Assembly (NCBI GenBank): GCA_015680685.1
Contig: MNCI01001219.1
Span: 61,629-125,628 of the forward strand
Source: Gnetum montanum
Lineage: Eukaryota > Plantae > Gnetophyta
Reading direction: 5' to 3'
Length of the DNA stretch: 64,000 bases
Shown here: piece after piece, positions 13,150 through 27,500 of the stretch
Layout: each line of letters starts with the position of its first letter
How positions within the stretch are numbered: position 1 is the first letter of the stretch
Program-made: the position numbers and the translations under genes
Notes under the pieces: generated by a model
What the model was told of the DNA's origin: nothing
What the model saw: the letters and a program-made list of their open reading frames with translations, nothing else
Database searches by the model: none

Positions 13150-16100
13150 ACAGCATTCCTCTATGCTACCATCTCCTTCCTAGAAGGGTAGTTCAACCCA
13201 AGTCAAGCTTTCATTGGCCACTGTGTCAGCCTGTTCAACTGTTGGGACAGGAGTTTGGTCTTCAAGGATTTCATTCCTCTATGCTACCATCTCTACGTTG
13301 TTGACAGCTTGAGGGGTCATCTTATCACCATGGATGATCACTTCCCCTCCTGCATAGGGCAAGTGGATTTTTTAGTGAATGGGTGATGAGACGACCCTTA
13401 GTTGAGCCAACCAAGACCTCCCTAAGATTAGGTTGAAGCCAGGAATCTCCTCGATGACAATGAACACTGTGTTTGTGGGGAATTGATCCCCTGCTACGAA
13501 GTTGATCTGCATTGTTCCCTTAACTTGCACTCATGTCCCGTTAAATGACTTTAAAAATGACGTTATCATGGGATTGATCTGATTGATCAAACCCAGTTTC
13601 TCCACTATGGGAAATGGAATGACATTGGCAGTGGCCCCGTCATCTACGTGTACTCTTCAAATCCTATATTGGCTGACTCGGATAGTGATGAACATGGGCA
13701 CCGTTGTCACCTGACCCTTTTCTGGGTCATCCTTAATGGACTCGGCATGGAATGTCAGTTGGGAAGACCATGGTCTTTTAGCAACAGGGGGAAGCATGAT
13801 CGAATGGATTTCTTCTTCATCCACTAGCAAGCTTTCGTCCACGAGTATGGACATTAGCATACAAACCATAGCTTCACGATGCCTTTGGAATGTCATCAAC
13901 AAGTCATACAGGCTCAGTGTCATATTTTTCTGTTTAAGATCCTGCTTGACTTGCATAAAAGAGCTAAGGAGATTATGCCCACGGTCTGGTTGTTTGTTGC
14001 CCTTCTCTTCTTCCATTCGTCCCAGGAGACGAATCTCTCGGGGAGGAATGATTTCTGGTTGAGGACTGTGTTTTCTTGGGCAGGGAGAAGATGGCCGCAT
14101 CTATGTAACGTCGTCCTTTTCAGGGGGAGGAGAAGCCAAGGGTGCTGAGGCGAGAGGCGTAGGCTTAGGAAACCCCAACGTAAGGTGGTCCTTGGCTACT
14201 TTGTCTATCGTACTCCCTTCTCCTCTTGTTGTAGGTTGAGGTTGGGGCATTGACTTAGATGTTTTCCCCCACGTAGTAAAAGTAGCTAACGAATTTGGCA
14301 CTCTGATGACAAAGGATGCCTTAGGTGTGGGCGCAGGCTGGGCCATGGCTTTAACAACACTTGGCTGTGGGATAGACGTCTGAGGTGGGACTCGGAGGAC
14401 AAAAGGCTATTGCAGCGCCATGCCCATCAATGTTAATGGGTTTGCTGTTTGAGGTGGGCGAGGAGGCACATCAGCATGAAGGGTTGCTTCAGCTGTGCTG
14501 GGCTATTGCCATCCATACCCACCACATTGATAGTGTACCCTGCATTATTTACATTTAATGAGTCTTGGTACACATGCATAGACTGGTTTTCTGGACGAAC
14601 CAGACTACTGCTGTCTAAGATCAGCTTACCTTGATCAATCATGCATTGAATGTCATCTTTCAACGCCCAACAGTAGTCCATGTCATGTCCACACAACTGG
14701 TGGTAGTCACAGAAATGGTTCATTTAGCAAGGCCAAGGAGGGATTCTTGAGTAGCTCACAATGCTGTCTGTGGCCTTGCTAAATGAACCATTTCCTCGGA
14801 CACCTTCTTATGTTGAATGTGACCAGTTCCTAAAAGTTTCTGCAGAAGCTCTGAAGGCTTTATAGGTAGAGCCGTATATTTTGAGCAATCTTTACGCTCA
14901 AAATTAGGCTTCGGCTGGGTCAATGTCATAGGAGTTGATGTTGCTTGCTGATCGACATTGTTTGAGCTAGTCATAGCCTCAGTAGGAGCCATGGTTGTTC
15001 TCTTGTTGTTATTTTTCTTTTTGGCTTCTTTAGCTACGGTTGCCACTATTGTTGCGACCTTATCCTTATCTTTACTTTTGTTGTGGGTATTTTTATAGAC
15101 CACATACGCTGGGTCTTTGCTAGCCTCTGTTGCGTCCTGGATGCTCTTAGTCTGAGTGAAGGCTTGGATGAGGGAGCGGGGAGTGAGGTAATACAATTTA
15201 TACTTAATGAAGTCGTTGACTGCCCCCTTGAAGATTGCTAGCAAATGGGCCTCTGCGATGGGTTCACGGATTTCATTCAAGGTAATGCTTCACCCTTGTA
15301 TAAACTTTTGGACTAGCTTGAGTGGATCTTGTTTAACTCCCATTAGCAGATCCAGTGTAACCTCTGGCTTTAGGTTATATCTTAAAAAAGTTACAAATTA
15401 AGTCAGTAGCTCTTCCAAGGTGGAGATGGAAGAACGTGGAAGTGCTCAATACCAATCTAAAGATTTACCCATTAGGAACATAGCAAAGGCACGGATGATG
15501 ACATGCGGCCATTGTTGCAGCAATAGTGACTCTAACTTGAAAGTAACTAGATGAGCATTGGGATTGCCTTTCCCATTATATTTCGTAAAATGGGGAAGTA
15601 ACATCCTAGGAGGTAGTGACAAGATGGGTACTGTCGGACTGATAGGATCGTCATGGTAGAAATCCATGACCTATATTATGTCAAAACCGGCAGCCTTGAG
15701 GCATTTAACCTCCTCGGTAAGGCTTTGAATAATCTGGAAGGCTTGATCCAAACCCAAGGGTGAAGAGGTTGATTATGGAATAGCAGGGGAAGCCACAATT
15801 AGTGGCGGGATGGAGGCAATGGCATGACTTGTGAGTGATGTGGTCGGAATTGTCCCTACAGGTGGTACCGCCTGTGTCATCCACCACTCGGTAGGTGGTG
15901 CGGGCGAGGCAATAATTATTGATTGTGCCATGGGGTATGCTATTTACATAGCCGGGGGCACAAACAATGACGTTGTAGTTGGATTTACTGCCTGCAAGGC
16001 TTGATGTTGATGATGAACGAGATGCGACATCTGCGTAGGTTGTGCTACCAGGGATGACGTACTTGGAGCCCACCATGCGGTAGTGGCAAGTCCTGCTGTT

Positions 16101-16850
16101 GATTGTAGTGGTATGGGAGAAAAAGCTGGGATGAATGTAGGAGCTGTGTGTAGTTGCCAAGTGGGTACTGCATGCACATATGGTAACATAGGTGTAGGCA
16201 TGTGATGCAATGGGTTCGCTAACTACGGCTACGAAGGAATGGTCTGTGAAGGGACGACATTCGGAAAAGGGGCCGGAGAGAAGAAATGCTGATGTGACGC
16301 TTGCACCACACGGTCGGTAGTAGACAATGATAAAGGTGTAGTGACCATAACAAATGGATCTGTAGGGGATGTTGTGGAGGGAGGAGCCATAACAAAGCTA
16401 ACGTGACTACCCCCCTCGGAGTGGGCATCTAAGTCTTCTTGCCCATCGTGGAGCGCTTCATCACGGAACATCACATCTCATTGTTCCATTGACACCCTGG
16501 CCATTAACAGTTGATCCAACATCCACTACTGCTGGTCCTTCAGGGGTATAGAAGCGTTAAGTGAAGGAACAAATTTTTTCCTGTTACAGTAAATGAACTT
16601 GTATTCGCGTTTCTCTTTGATTTCATGTGGGTACATGGGCAAATTCGCCATAAATTTGGCACAGAGGAAGTTGTAATGTTGCGTTTGTCGAGCGTGCCCT
16701 TTAGGATCTTTATTGTGAATCCTAAGGGACCGACGCAGCTGCATCGGGCTGGTTTGTGGCTCGACAGTAGCAGGCATAGCCTACGTCGTCAAGGGGGTTT
16801 CGAGACTAGCGGTGGGAATGACAGTAGTTATCGCAACCATTCTCTACGTA
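13150..16850 (-). pseudogene. Tat gag and protease (disrupted)
   Basis: Gag-like KYNGKGNPNAHL..F (15446-15667); CDYHQLCGHDMDYCWALK Zn motif (14433-14723); protease VDDGATANVI (~13620-13650) and FNLILGRSWL. Confidence 0.85.
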
Positions 16851-17062
16851 GCTAGAAGACAATGATGATGAGGATAAGGATCACAAAGGAAAAAGGGGGC
16901 TAAAGGAAAACGTGGGCTTTTTGTCCTACTGGATTCCAAAGGAATCGTCGGAGCGACCGATCTGTACCACATGATCATGTAAACAACCACATAGGTATCA
17001 CGTTTGCATTAGTTAATAATGAGTACAGACAGCTTACAGGACTACCTGTGAAATGCAGATCA

Positions 17063-17089
17063 GAGGTTCAGTCCCTCCTTCTAGCACCA
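17063..17089 (-). promoter_or_regulatory. Primer-binding site, tRNA-Asn type
   Basis: Minus strand TGGTGCTAGAAGGAGGGACTGAACCTC, complementary to the plant tRNA-Asn(GUU) 3' end as recalled (..GAGGTTCGACCCCTCCTTCTAGCGCCA). Confidence 0.75.
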
Positions 17090-17095
17090 GAAAAC

Positions 17096-18363
17096 TATAA
17101 CAACAGAAAACGTCGGTTGCTGGAAACACTGATAGTTTTTTCGTGTACACAGTTCCAACCTCGGATCCGTACGAGGGCCGTGCTAAAGAGAACGGATTTG
17201 AGGTGCCCTGAATGATCTTGCCGATTAGATAGGGACTTATTTAATCAGTAAACTTGTCACCGATCATATAACGAGGAGACAATTTAATGTAAAAAAAATA
17301 ATGTCGATTTGACGAGAAAACAAGATCTGCTTCAAGATCAGATCTTGAAGACAATGACAACAATGTAAACTATGTAAAATGACTATAAAATCAATGTAAG
17401 TAAGGTGCAATGGATTAAAGAATTTTGGAAATGTACAATCCCGAGATCGGGGATTTATCTTATAGACAAAATATGATAAATACAACAGGATTTGTAAGTG
17501 GATTCCAGTTTGGACGAAGTGTCTGCCACTAATAAGAAGCTATTTAGAGATTAAACAAGCAAGGGCCAATCTACCTTGTTCACAGCCAATCTGGGTGCAA
17601 GGGAGTCGAGCTTGAAGCAAAATGCTCGCTCACTTGAAATCTCTAACCAAAAGCTTCTCTTTGTCCCCGTCAATGCTCTTTTGTTGCCAACTCTTTCTTG
17701 TCTTCTTGCTAATCTTTTTGCCAAAAATTGCTAACCCCTTGAGCATTGCCCATTGGGGTATTTATAAGATTAGGGTTAGGAGAAAAATGTGATTTAGATG
17801 ACGCATGTCTTAGGCCCATAGAATGTCGTTGACCTGATGTGCTGTAGCTGAGGCTTGTGACGTTATGCTATGCTACGCTCTGAAGCGTAATATAGCGTAA
17901 CCACCCTTGTCTTTAGTGTTGACGGATTTCCAGATCTTCGGTAGCAAGGTAATCCCGCAACTACACTGTGATACGTTGGGAAGCGTATCGTGGCGTAATG
18001 ACTGCTACTGCTTGAATTTTGTTGTCCTTATTGTTCTGGCTAAATCAACTGTGCTGCCTGCGTTACGCTGCATTATGCTGCATAGCGTAACATAGCATAA
18101 TATGCCAAAAGTTAGGATTTTTGACATATGGATAACTTGCAAAGTTGAAGTGTTGTCATTGTGCATCCCTTGTTCTATTTTATCCTCTTGAAGTTTGCTA
18201 CGTTGAGCTGCGTAGTGTAGCGTAGTAGGCCCTTAGCCAAAAGAGAAAACTTGCTGAGATGTGCCCATTGCCCAGATGTTTTGACGCTGTACTTGTGACG
18301 ATCCTTGCCCAAACTTCGAGACCTTGCTAAATCACCGAGGTCTTGAAATTTCACGGTGTTTCA
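17096..18363 (-). repeat. 5' LTR of Tat element (~1.27 kb)
   Basis: Starts TGAAACACC on minus strand at 18363 and ends 6 bp from the PBS; homologous to 1693-2742. Confidence 0.9.
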
Positions 18364-18592
18364 AAACATTTTTATTGTACTTTGCATATGCTAATTAAAA
18401 CTACTAGACAAATAAAATTGTCCATTCTATTGAGAATTCTAGACTCACCTTCTTGATAATTATTCCAAGTGAGTGATTGAGAAAGACTGAAATTATATCC
18501 AAAATAAAAACATCTATCAAACAAAACTATTCTTTAAAATGATTTTATATAATTTTTTTTTTTGAAAAAGATAGGTGAAATCTTTGACCTGT
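18364..18592 (-). mobile_element. Old LINE fragment, C-terminal part of APE endonuclease
   Basis: Minus strand LIDVF...TWNNYQEGESRILNRMDNF, matching the L1 endonuclease TWxN...RIxxRLDRF motif. Confidence 0.75.
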
Positions 18593-21500
18593 TAATGAGC
18601 AACGGGTACTCCCTACACCTAACCATATGAATCATTAACATGTACATGTGATTTGGTTGAATTCAATGGACTCTATTCACCTACGTGACCAATATTATTA
18701 GATGGTGAAAGATGTGATTTGTTAATCATTGTCTTCTCAATTAACACTTGTGTTAATCTGTTGGTATCCTTAAGTATGATTAAGCTGTAGGATATGCATT
18801 TTTATAATTTTTATTATTTTCTATATCTACCAAATGACTAAATAAATAAACGCTTAATATTTAACTTAACTAATTAATTAACTAAACTAGCCTAATGTGG
18901 AGCATCTGTTCCCACTTTCCATACACATCCTGAATGTATATTAACACTACTAGGTTACCAAGTATCTATTGCTATGATTACCAAGCCTTAATATATTATG
19001 TTGAAGTGCTTGTACTCATTCAATTATGAATTATAATATTAAATTTTTAATAACAAGAAAGTAAATTACTTTTAAAGTAAATTATTGGAAAGTAAAGTTA
19101 AACTAATCTAAGTGTTGCAATGAATACAAGAAATCCCAATTTTATTATCATTCATGCAATTATGTCTAGGTACATGTTGCACTTGAATAAAATGTCATAT
19201 AATCATTTTGATCCACACTATAGGCACTCAGAGGAAAAAGCTTACTAACTTCTACAAAAAGAAACTACAAGAATTTGGATAAGAGAACAACCAAATGGTG
19301 CCATAAATATGATGGGTATATGCATTTATATAGGTAATGGCTACATCAATGTTGATGCAAATGTGTCAACACATCCCAAGTTGCATTGATGGGACTATGT
19401 CGATGTAATTATCTTATTTACATTTCATCACCACCACGACTAGCTAAAAACTTATACTCAAGTGAACAAAAATAGAATCAAGTTTCTTATAAAACTTGGA
19501 AAATTATGAAATTTTATTAATTGAATAATTGACTGGCTGACTGTAAGTGTCACATGTACAAAAGAGATTGTATAATATACGAAATAAATGTTGGACTTAT
19601 TATTACAAAAATTGGTAGGCACCTACTCGAATGATAGGTGAGATGAAGTCTTCATACTATGCCTAGAGGTGAAGGCTTCTATGACATAGAGGATCCTTCA
19701 TCATGTTTAAGCCCTATTAGTGGTTGGTGTTATGTTGCTACCAAAAATTGGAAGGCATCCAAGAGTGCCTTCATTTTGTTCTCTTTTCCACATGGGTCAT
19801 GAATGGTTCAAGCTAATTTGCCTAGATGTGTGATGTTGGAACATTTAATGGGCATGGTAGTAATGGAAACATTCCCTTCATATTTACAAACTATGTTACA
19901 AATTATTTATGTACAAAGCTGGACATACAAATGAGGTTTTACAGCTCTTAGTGGTTACTCATTCTTCTAGCCAAGTTCTCAGCAACATATCGTTGATTCA
20001 TGAATTTTCTCTTGAGAACCTTAAGCTTTGCATTAGTCACCTCTGACTTTTGCTTCGTCTCCTTATAGAGCTTGACCTCTACCTCGTAAAGAAGGTAAGA
20101 GCTAGTCACATGCTTCTTCAATTCAATCATGTGCCTTCCTACAGTAAGCATTGCTAAGTTTACATAGTGGATGTTGATAAGCAATATATATTTAGTCATA
20201 TCCTTAATTTGCAACTCCTTTAGGAAAATCTCTACTTGATTGTATGTGTTGAGTCTATCAAAGATAGGCTACCACACATCACCTCTTTATTGGAGTTACT
20301 AGATATCCTCATTTATCTTTGCCTTAGTAAACTTGATTTCTTTCTCATTGACCTCTTTAAGAATTTTAACTTGGTCCTTGTAGTGATTTTTCACTCTTTG
20401 GAACTTTAGAGCTTCATTCTTTTAGGTAGCAATCTCAATAGTAGTCTTTTGGAAAAGGGTATGAATCTCTTTCATTAAGAAATTTCTATTTTCTATAGCT
20501 AACCTCCTTAAATCCAAGTTCACCTTGGCAAGTTCTTTATGCTACTGGAAAATATATACTACATTTAATCCTTTTACTACTAACCATTCCAAAAACTAGT
20601 GGTTATCACAAGTTAGCATCAAGTTCTTTTTGCAAACTTGTAAGAGGTCATGATTAGTGTTATTAGCCATTACTTCTGATACTAATATCTCAAAGAAGTT
20701 CATCTCCTTGGCATTGTCATCCTCCTGGTATTTCTATTGAAGTTGTTGAAAAGCTTCATCTCTTCTCAATGTGGGCTTGATAATGGGACAATCATAGAGA
20801 CAGTCCCTCAATTTTGCAACCTTGGTGACCAACCATTGATTGTTGGCAATGGCCTCCTCGAGTTATGCATTGACAATTAGTAACTTTCCTATCAACTCTA
20901 GTAGTTACAACTGGGTTGTTAATATGTATTTTGGAAAATAAAAGGTCTTCGGAAAGGGTTTCCTGGCTTCCACCAATCATTCCAACACTTCCTCGTATTG
21001 GGAAACACTCATTCTTCCTCTCCCTACTCATACTAATGCATTTATATCTTCCATAACAAAAATGTTAGGAATAGATGCAACAAAAGAATTCAAAGCTTCT
21101 CCAAGATGATCTGTCACCACCTCTATTGTTGTCTCTTAGCCCTTGTGTAGCACGAATAGGATTGTACCTCCTTCACCTTTTTCCAACATCACATAGAAGG
21201 CTACTATATTCCTACAATTTTTAGGGAATTCTTGTCCTAGAACGAACATAGTTACTTCTCTGGTGTTAGGATTTGAGTGAGTAGGTATCTAGTTTCTCTA
21301 TACTGAGAATAATGGCAACATCTTAATGTCCAACAAGCTAATGGTCCTTATGATCTTTTTCAAATGACTTATGATTGTACAATACATTGAGGGTTCACCA
21401 ACACATCCAGAGGCTTGTTGTTGCTACAATTGTTGCTTCCTAAGTTTCTTGAAATATTCAACAGTTGCAAGAATCTTTGTTGTTGTCTTTGTTGCTACAA

Positions 21501-24500
21501 GTGATGGTGTTGGTGGTAGTTCCTCTTCTTGAAGCTTGGCAATGGAATTATCTTTCATCATCTCCTACCATGATGTAGCAAAAGCACAACCAATTACATC
21601 ATCAAAATAGCAAGCTACTCCTATCCTCTTACATAGTTTTCTAATCAAGCATGGAAAGCGAAGTGTCTTCCTACCATTCTCATTCTCCTTGTAACATATT
21701 TCTATCTTAAGGAAGATGATTTTTAGTAGATTAAGTAGGAATTTCCTACTTAGATTTTCACATGCCTTGGCAAAGAAGGATGTGACATTGCTTGGCCTCA
21801 CCATTGGATTAAGGTGATAGCCCATAATTTTGAAGTCTTTTCACCCTACTTTGGTTAGGGCATCATATTCCTTATGGTATATACCATAGCAATGCTAGGT
21901 CCATTCTTTCTTAGCCTCTAGGTCCACCTACATGGAGATTTTTACTAGCTGAGCTCCAATGTTAGGCAAACCGAGAGCTTCCACAATGGTCTCAATTGAG
22001 TAGGAAATAGTGATTTATTTAATTTAATACTAGCATAGCCTTGTCAATTATTCTTAAAAAGGTAGGTCTCTTTCATGTACCATTCCTCATTGGTTTAGAG
22101 AATGAGCTATGGAGGAGACCCTTGCAACTGTGTTTGGATCTCTTTTGGTGTTAATTCTAGGAATGACTCAAATTTCAACTTCTTTAGGATGGAACTCTAG
22201 ATCCTATTAGTCTAAATGTTTTCCTAGCAAGCTTATGTAATGTGACCTCTAAATTAGGTCTTGATCTTAGGGCCTCATCCTACCTAGATTAGCTTGTCTT
22301 TGCAGTAGGAATTTGCTTGATAGATTCCACCTCAAGCTTCTCTTGTAGAAGTCTAGTAGCATGTGTAGCTTATACTACTTGCTTCTTTGGTGGTTTTTGT
22401 TACTACTATTGTTTTTTTTTTTGACCTCTTATTAGGGCTACATCTCCCTGGGCTACAATGGCCCTCTTGCCTACCTTCCTCTCTTAGGTGTCATCTACAA
22501 TCATAAACATAACCTAGGATTAGCTCTTTAGCATAACCTTTGTTTCCTTTGGATATCTTTCTTTATTTGATCGAGTCATGTTCTATTGGTTAGATGTTGA
22601 AATTTTATTATTGTCTTTGTTTGGTTGATAATATTATTTTATTCATGTTATAATGAAGTTTAATTATTGATATTATCTTGTATGATCATTAACTTAATAT
22701 TATTTTAATATCTTATTTATGAGAAGTTAGAAAAAATTTTGAAAAATTTTCTATGAAATGCTATTTTTTTATGCTCCCACGACATAAAGCATACCTTCGG
22801 TATATCAAGGATCAAAGAACAAGTGAATTCGGGTAAGTGGTATGAAAGTTAGAGCTCTTGGAAGTTCATGGGCTCTAAAAAATGGTGAAAAATCCTCTAG
22901 CATTTAAAAGAAATGATGAAAATGAGCTAAGTGTCATGCATAGACATACGCTTTTTATATTGTGTCAATAGGGATATGGTGAAGGGGCTACATCGACTCA
23001 TCCCATTGTATTGATGGAGATGAATCACTGTAGCTTTTTGTAGCTATATTTTACACTTGAAAATGAAGGAATTTCGGGTGAGTTTGAAGTCAAAATAAGA
23101 GCCAAATGCAAGCAAAAAAGATGTAGAATTATAGCAAAAACATGAAAGAGGATATGTTTCATCAACCAAAAGTAATTAGAATGCATGATATGAGTTTTTC
23201 AAAAATCTTTTGATGCCAAAATAGAGCAAAAATAGGATGTTTTAAGGCTATTGACATGATCAAGTGTACAATTAGTTGATGTTTAGGGAATTTAACTTAA
23301 GGTAAATCCAAAGAGAAGCAAGTGGATCCTCCCCAAAGCATGCATACCCCAAATATACCCTTGCATCATCTTATCTCAAGGAGTCCAAAGGCACCTAAGA
23401 TGATGAATGGCTATTTGAAGTTAAGTTTCATACCCATCAGTGGAATTATCTTAGGATTATGCCTTCTAGAAAATGAAATTATCAATTTACCATGGTATAA
23501 GGTAGTGAGGTGATACACAGTGGAGTGAGTAAATGGTAGATAGAAAAAAATTGATAGGTTATATGCATCCTATTTATAAAAAAATTGTTAGTGAATTACG
23601 TGATTAAGATGATCTGATACTAGTCTATTTCAAGTTTAAACTAAGTTCATTCTAATTATAGTGACATTTGACATATTCCTCCTCTTCTACCATTAAGAGC
23701 CCATGAGAAACACATAGAACAATAATTACTCCAAGGAAAGAAGAAAAGAGAAGAAGGAAGTAGGTAGGATCTTAGTTAGAGGAATGCTTTCATGCATGGG
23801 TAGCATGTCTTTGTATCCCCGTAACCAGTCCTTGTAGCCCATGAAAGTATCTAAGGAGTGTGCTTTGAATTCCCACTATTGTTTTTTCCACAAGAACCAC
23901 ACCATGCAAAGACATGCTTCCTTTTATTATCAATAGTAGGAGTGATGATATACCAATGAGAAATCATAGAATTTAAGGAGGAAGTTGAGAAATAACACAA
24001 TAAATCCCCTTAAGGTTACATCATTTTCCCATTTCCACTTGTTCCTTTTCCAATTCATTGGGTAACAATATCACATGTTACTTTTTAGTTTTAATGTGAA
24101 AGAACCTTTATGGTCCTATGATACAAACTTCCCATGAAAGAAATGGAATGGGTGGATACCATGAACTTACTATCTGATACCATTAGAAAACTAATAGACT
24201 ATTAGTAGAGAGAACATAATCCAAGGAAAAAATTGGCTTCTTATTAATCAATCATAATTTTGATAGCTATGTTTAAACATTTCCAAAACTTTGCAATAGT
24301 GATGAAAAAAAATCTAGTATTTCAAATAAAACTAATTAAAATTAACAAGAAAAGAATAAAGAAAAAGAAAAGATATAAAATAATCAATAAAAAATTCAAG
24401 AAAATGAAAACATAGAAAGAAAATTGTAAAACAAAAAGAAGAAAAATCCTTGATCCTTATCAAGATTTATGGTAGAGAGATATCTCTCCCATGACTAAGT

Positions 24501-27500
24501 TGGAAGGAGGAGATTCAAAAAATGGAGCATGCTTATTCTAGATTAGAGGTGCTAGTGTTGTTACTGGTTACTTGGAATTCCATGAATGGTTTAAGTTGTT
24601 GGATGTTGACTAACATGTGCTTTTGAGGGCTTATTAGATGGTAAATTATTAGAGCCCCAAAAGAAAATTTTGAGTGGATTATGTAAGAGACTTCTCATAA
24701 TGTCTAGAACTTAGTTTGTTAAGGCACATGTATGGGATTCCAATAAAGAACTTTTCCACTTGGTTTGAATGTAACTTTCCTTATTCATGCATCATGAGGT
24801 TTTTTATTATGGGCCTTGTCCACTTCATTTATCATTAGGATTACTCTTTAGTCTTTATCTAGCACATTGAGTGTCATGAGTAATTCCTTTTATTCTAAGT
24901 TAATGTTTATGTCAATTTTATAGGTCATTGTAAGTGTACAAAGTTCAATTTGAGTTGGAAGTTTTGGCAATTTTCTATACTCCAACTCATAGGGAGAGTA
25001 GTCTATAAAAAGTTTCCATATTGAGCAATATGCTCAAAGGGCATCGTTAAACTTGGTATTCCAATATTTCCTATATCTAATGAAGGTTTATGTTAATATT
25101 TTTTTAACTTCTCTATTGGTGGCCTTTATTTGATTGTTGGCTTAGGGGTGATAAGGTGTTATTAGTTTATGTTACACCCCCAAGCATTACATTAAGTTGT
25201 GAAAAATAAAAACTATGAAATGTGTTTCATTATTCAAAATTAGTGCCTTGGGTACACCAAACTTGTTTACCACTTATTGTTGAAAAAATTAAGCTGCAGT
25301 GATAAATGTACAATCATATATGATTGTAGCTTTAACCCACTTACTATAGTAGTCAACAACAAATATAATGTAGGCCTTTCCATTGGACATGGGACCAATG
25401 GGTCCCATAAAGTCAATATCTCAAAGGTCGAAAGACTCTAGTGGTTAGATCCACTATTGGGGCCTTTCCATTCGAATGGTCATTCCTCCATCTCTTTGAT
25501 ACATTTCACATGAACAAGAGAAATGTTAAACATCCCTGAAGATTATTGGCCAAAAGAATTATGTAATAAAAATCTTTATGGTTGTCCTTCTTCCTGCATA
25601 ATGGTTCCCACAAGAACCTTTGTGACCATCCTAGAGGACTTGGAACTAATTCATGTCTAGTGTACACCATCATACTAGGCTATCAATATAAACTTTATAG
25701 AGGTTGCCTTCAGTTTCCATGTAGTGTTTGACTTGGTGAAGAAACTAATGTTTCTTCCTATAATCTCATTTTGTAGAAGTCTTCTATGTAAGTAGTTATG
25801 AGACAAAATTGTCATACCATGAAGTAATCCTTGATGCTTATACATCAATGAGCTTATCAAAGAAGAGTTCATTTGAAAATTGATCAAATAATGATTCTTA
25901 AGTCTCATTGATATCCCATCACAACTAAGATAAATTATCTACAACTACATTCTCAAACCATTTTTTATCTACCATGGTAAGATCAATTTTCTATAAGATC
26001 ACCAATCACCATATAACATGAGGACTTACTGTCGGTTTGCTCATCAAGAAATGGATTACACTTTGATCTGTGTGGATAAAAAATTGGATATTCAAGCACA
26101 TGGTGTCTAAATTTTTCTAAGGCATACACCACTACAATGAGTTTTTTTTAGTGGTGGTATAGTTAAGTTGCACATCCATAATGCTCTAGTTGGCATAATG
26201 TTTATAATACAATTTTGATCATCCATTTGTGTAAGCACCATTTCCAAGGCATAATTAAATGTATCTATCATAATATGAAATGGCTTGGACCAATCTAGGA
26301 TGCATAGAATTGGGGTTTCTACGAGCTTTTACTTTAAGTGCTAGAATGATTATTCACATTCCTTAGTCCATTCAAAGATTGCATCTTTCTTAGATAGTTC
26401 TATCAATGGTTTGGTAGTTTTAGAAAAATTTTTGATGAAGCACTTGTAGTAACTTGTATGACCAAGGAATGACCTTACATCTTTGATAGTTTGAGGTTTT
26501 CTAGTTATTCCTTGAATGACCCTTGCCTTCTCAAGGCCTGCCTCTATTCCTTTTCTTGAACCTTGTGCCTAAAGACAATGTCATCTTTGATCATGAAAGT
26601 GGCTTTTTTACTAGTTAAGCTACACATTTGTTTCTACACATCATTTAAGTACCTACTCAGGATGGTCCAATGCTTATTCAAAGTCAATATTATAGGTGGA
26701 GAAGTCATCCATGAAGACTTCCACACTACTACCAATTTACTACTAAAAGATGCTTAGGACTAAGCAGTAGAAAGTCATAACAACATTACAAAGACCAAAG
26801 GGCATCTCCTTATATGAAAAAAACTCCCTGGGAGTTGTGAAGGTTATATTAACCTAGTCTTATGATGCAATTTAGATTTGATTATACCTACTATATCCAT
26901 TCAAAAAATTGTAGGAATGGTGTCCTGTAATTATATCTAATACTTGGTTTACAAATGGAAATGGAAATGGAAAATGATGTTTGAATGTGATCATGTTCAA
27001 TAGCCTAAATTTTATACATACCCTCCACTATCCATCTTTCTTTGGCATGATAATGAGTGAACTTATCCACTCACTTTCTACCATAGGATAGATGAATCTT
27101 TCTTTAAGAAAAATTTCAACTTCGCCTTTGCTAACTTGTTTCAACTTGAGATTCAACCTTCTCTATAGTTGCCTCTTTGGTTTGGTTTTTTTAGATCCAA
27201 TGCTAGCATATGCATGAATCTATTATAGTCAATTCATCATAACACTAGGAAAAAGTTGTTGGCCATTTGTTCACAACTTTCATCAGCTTTCCTTTTTGTT
27301 CTTTAGTGAGATTGGCATTGATGATTCATGATTTACCATTATCAAGAAATAAATATTCCAAAGTTATTAGTAAAGATTTAATTCGAGGGGTTCCTATTTA
27401 AAATTTTTAGATATTTCCACCTCTTCCTAATCTATTTCTACTTTTTATGGAAGAGTTGCTTCTGAATTCACTCCATTTCATCCATCTTATCTATATAAGC

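Larger units (their letters stand above)
1693..18363 (-). mobile_element. Ty3/gypsy LTR retrotransposon, Tat/Ogre type (gag-PR ... RT-RH-aRH-INT), decayed
   Basis: Paired LTRs 1693-2742 and 17096-18363, PBS and PPT. Pol order is RT, RH, second archaeal-type RH (FDGAS..TNNVVEYEGL..GDSMLIVNQ), then INT, which is diagnostic of the Tat group. Confidence 0.93.

Noticed and set aside
17063-17089. tRNA gene
   Set aside because: Only the 3' portion including CCA, next to an LTR; it is a PBS
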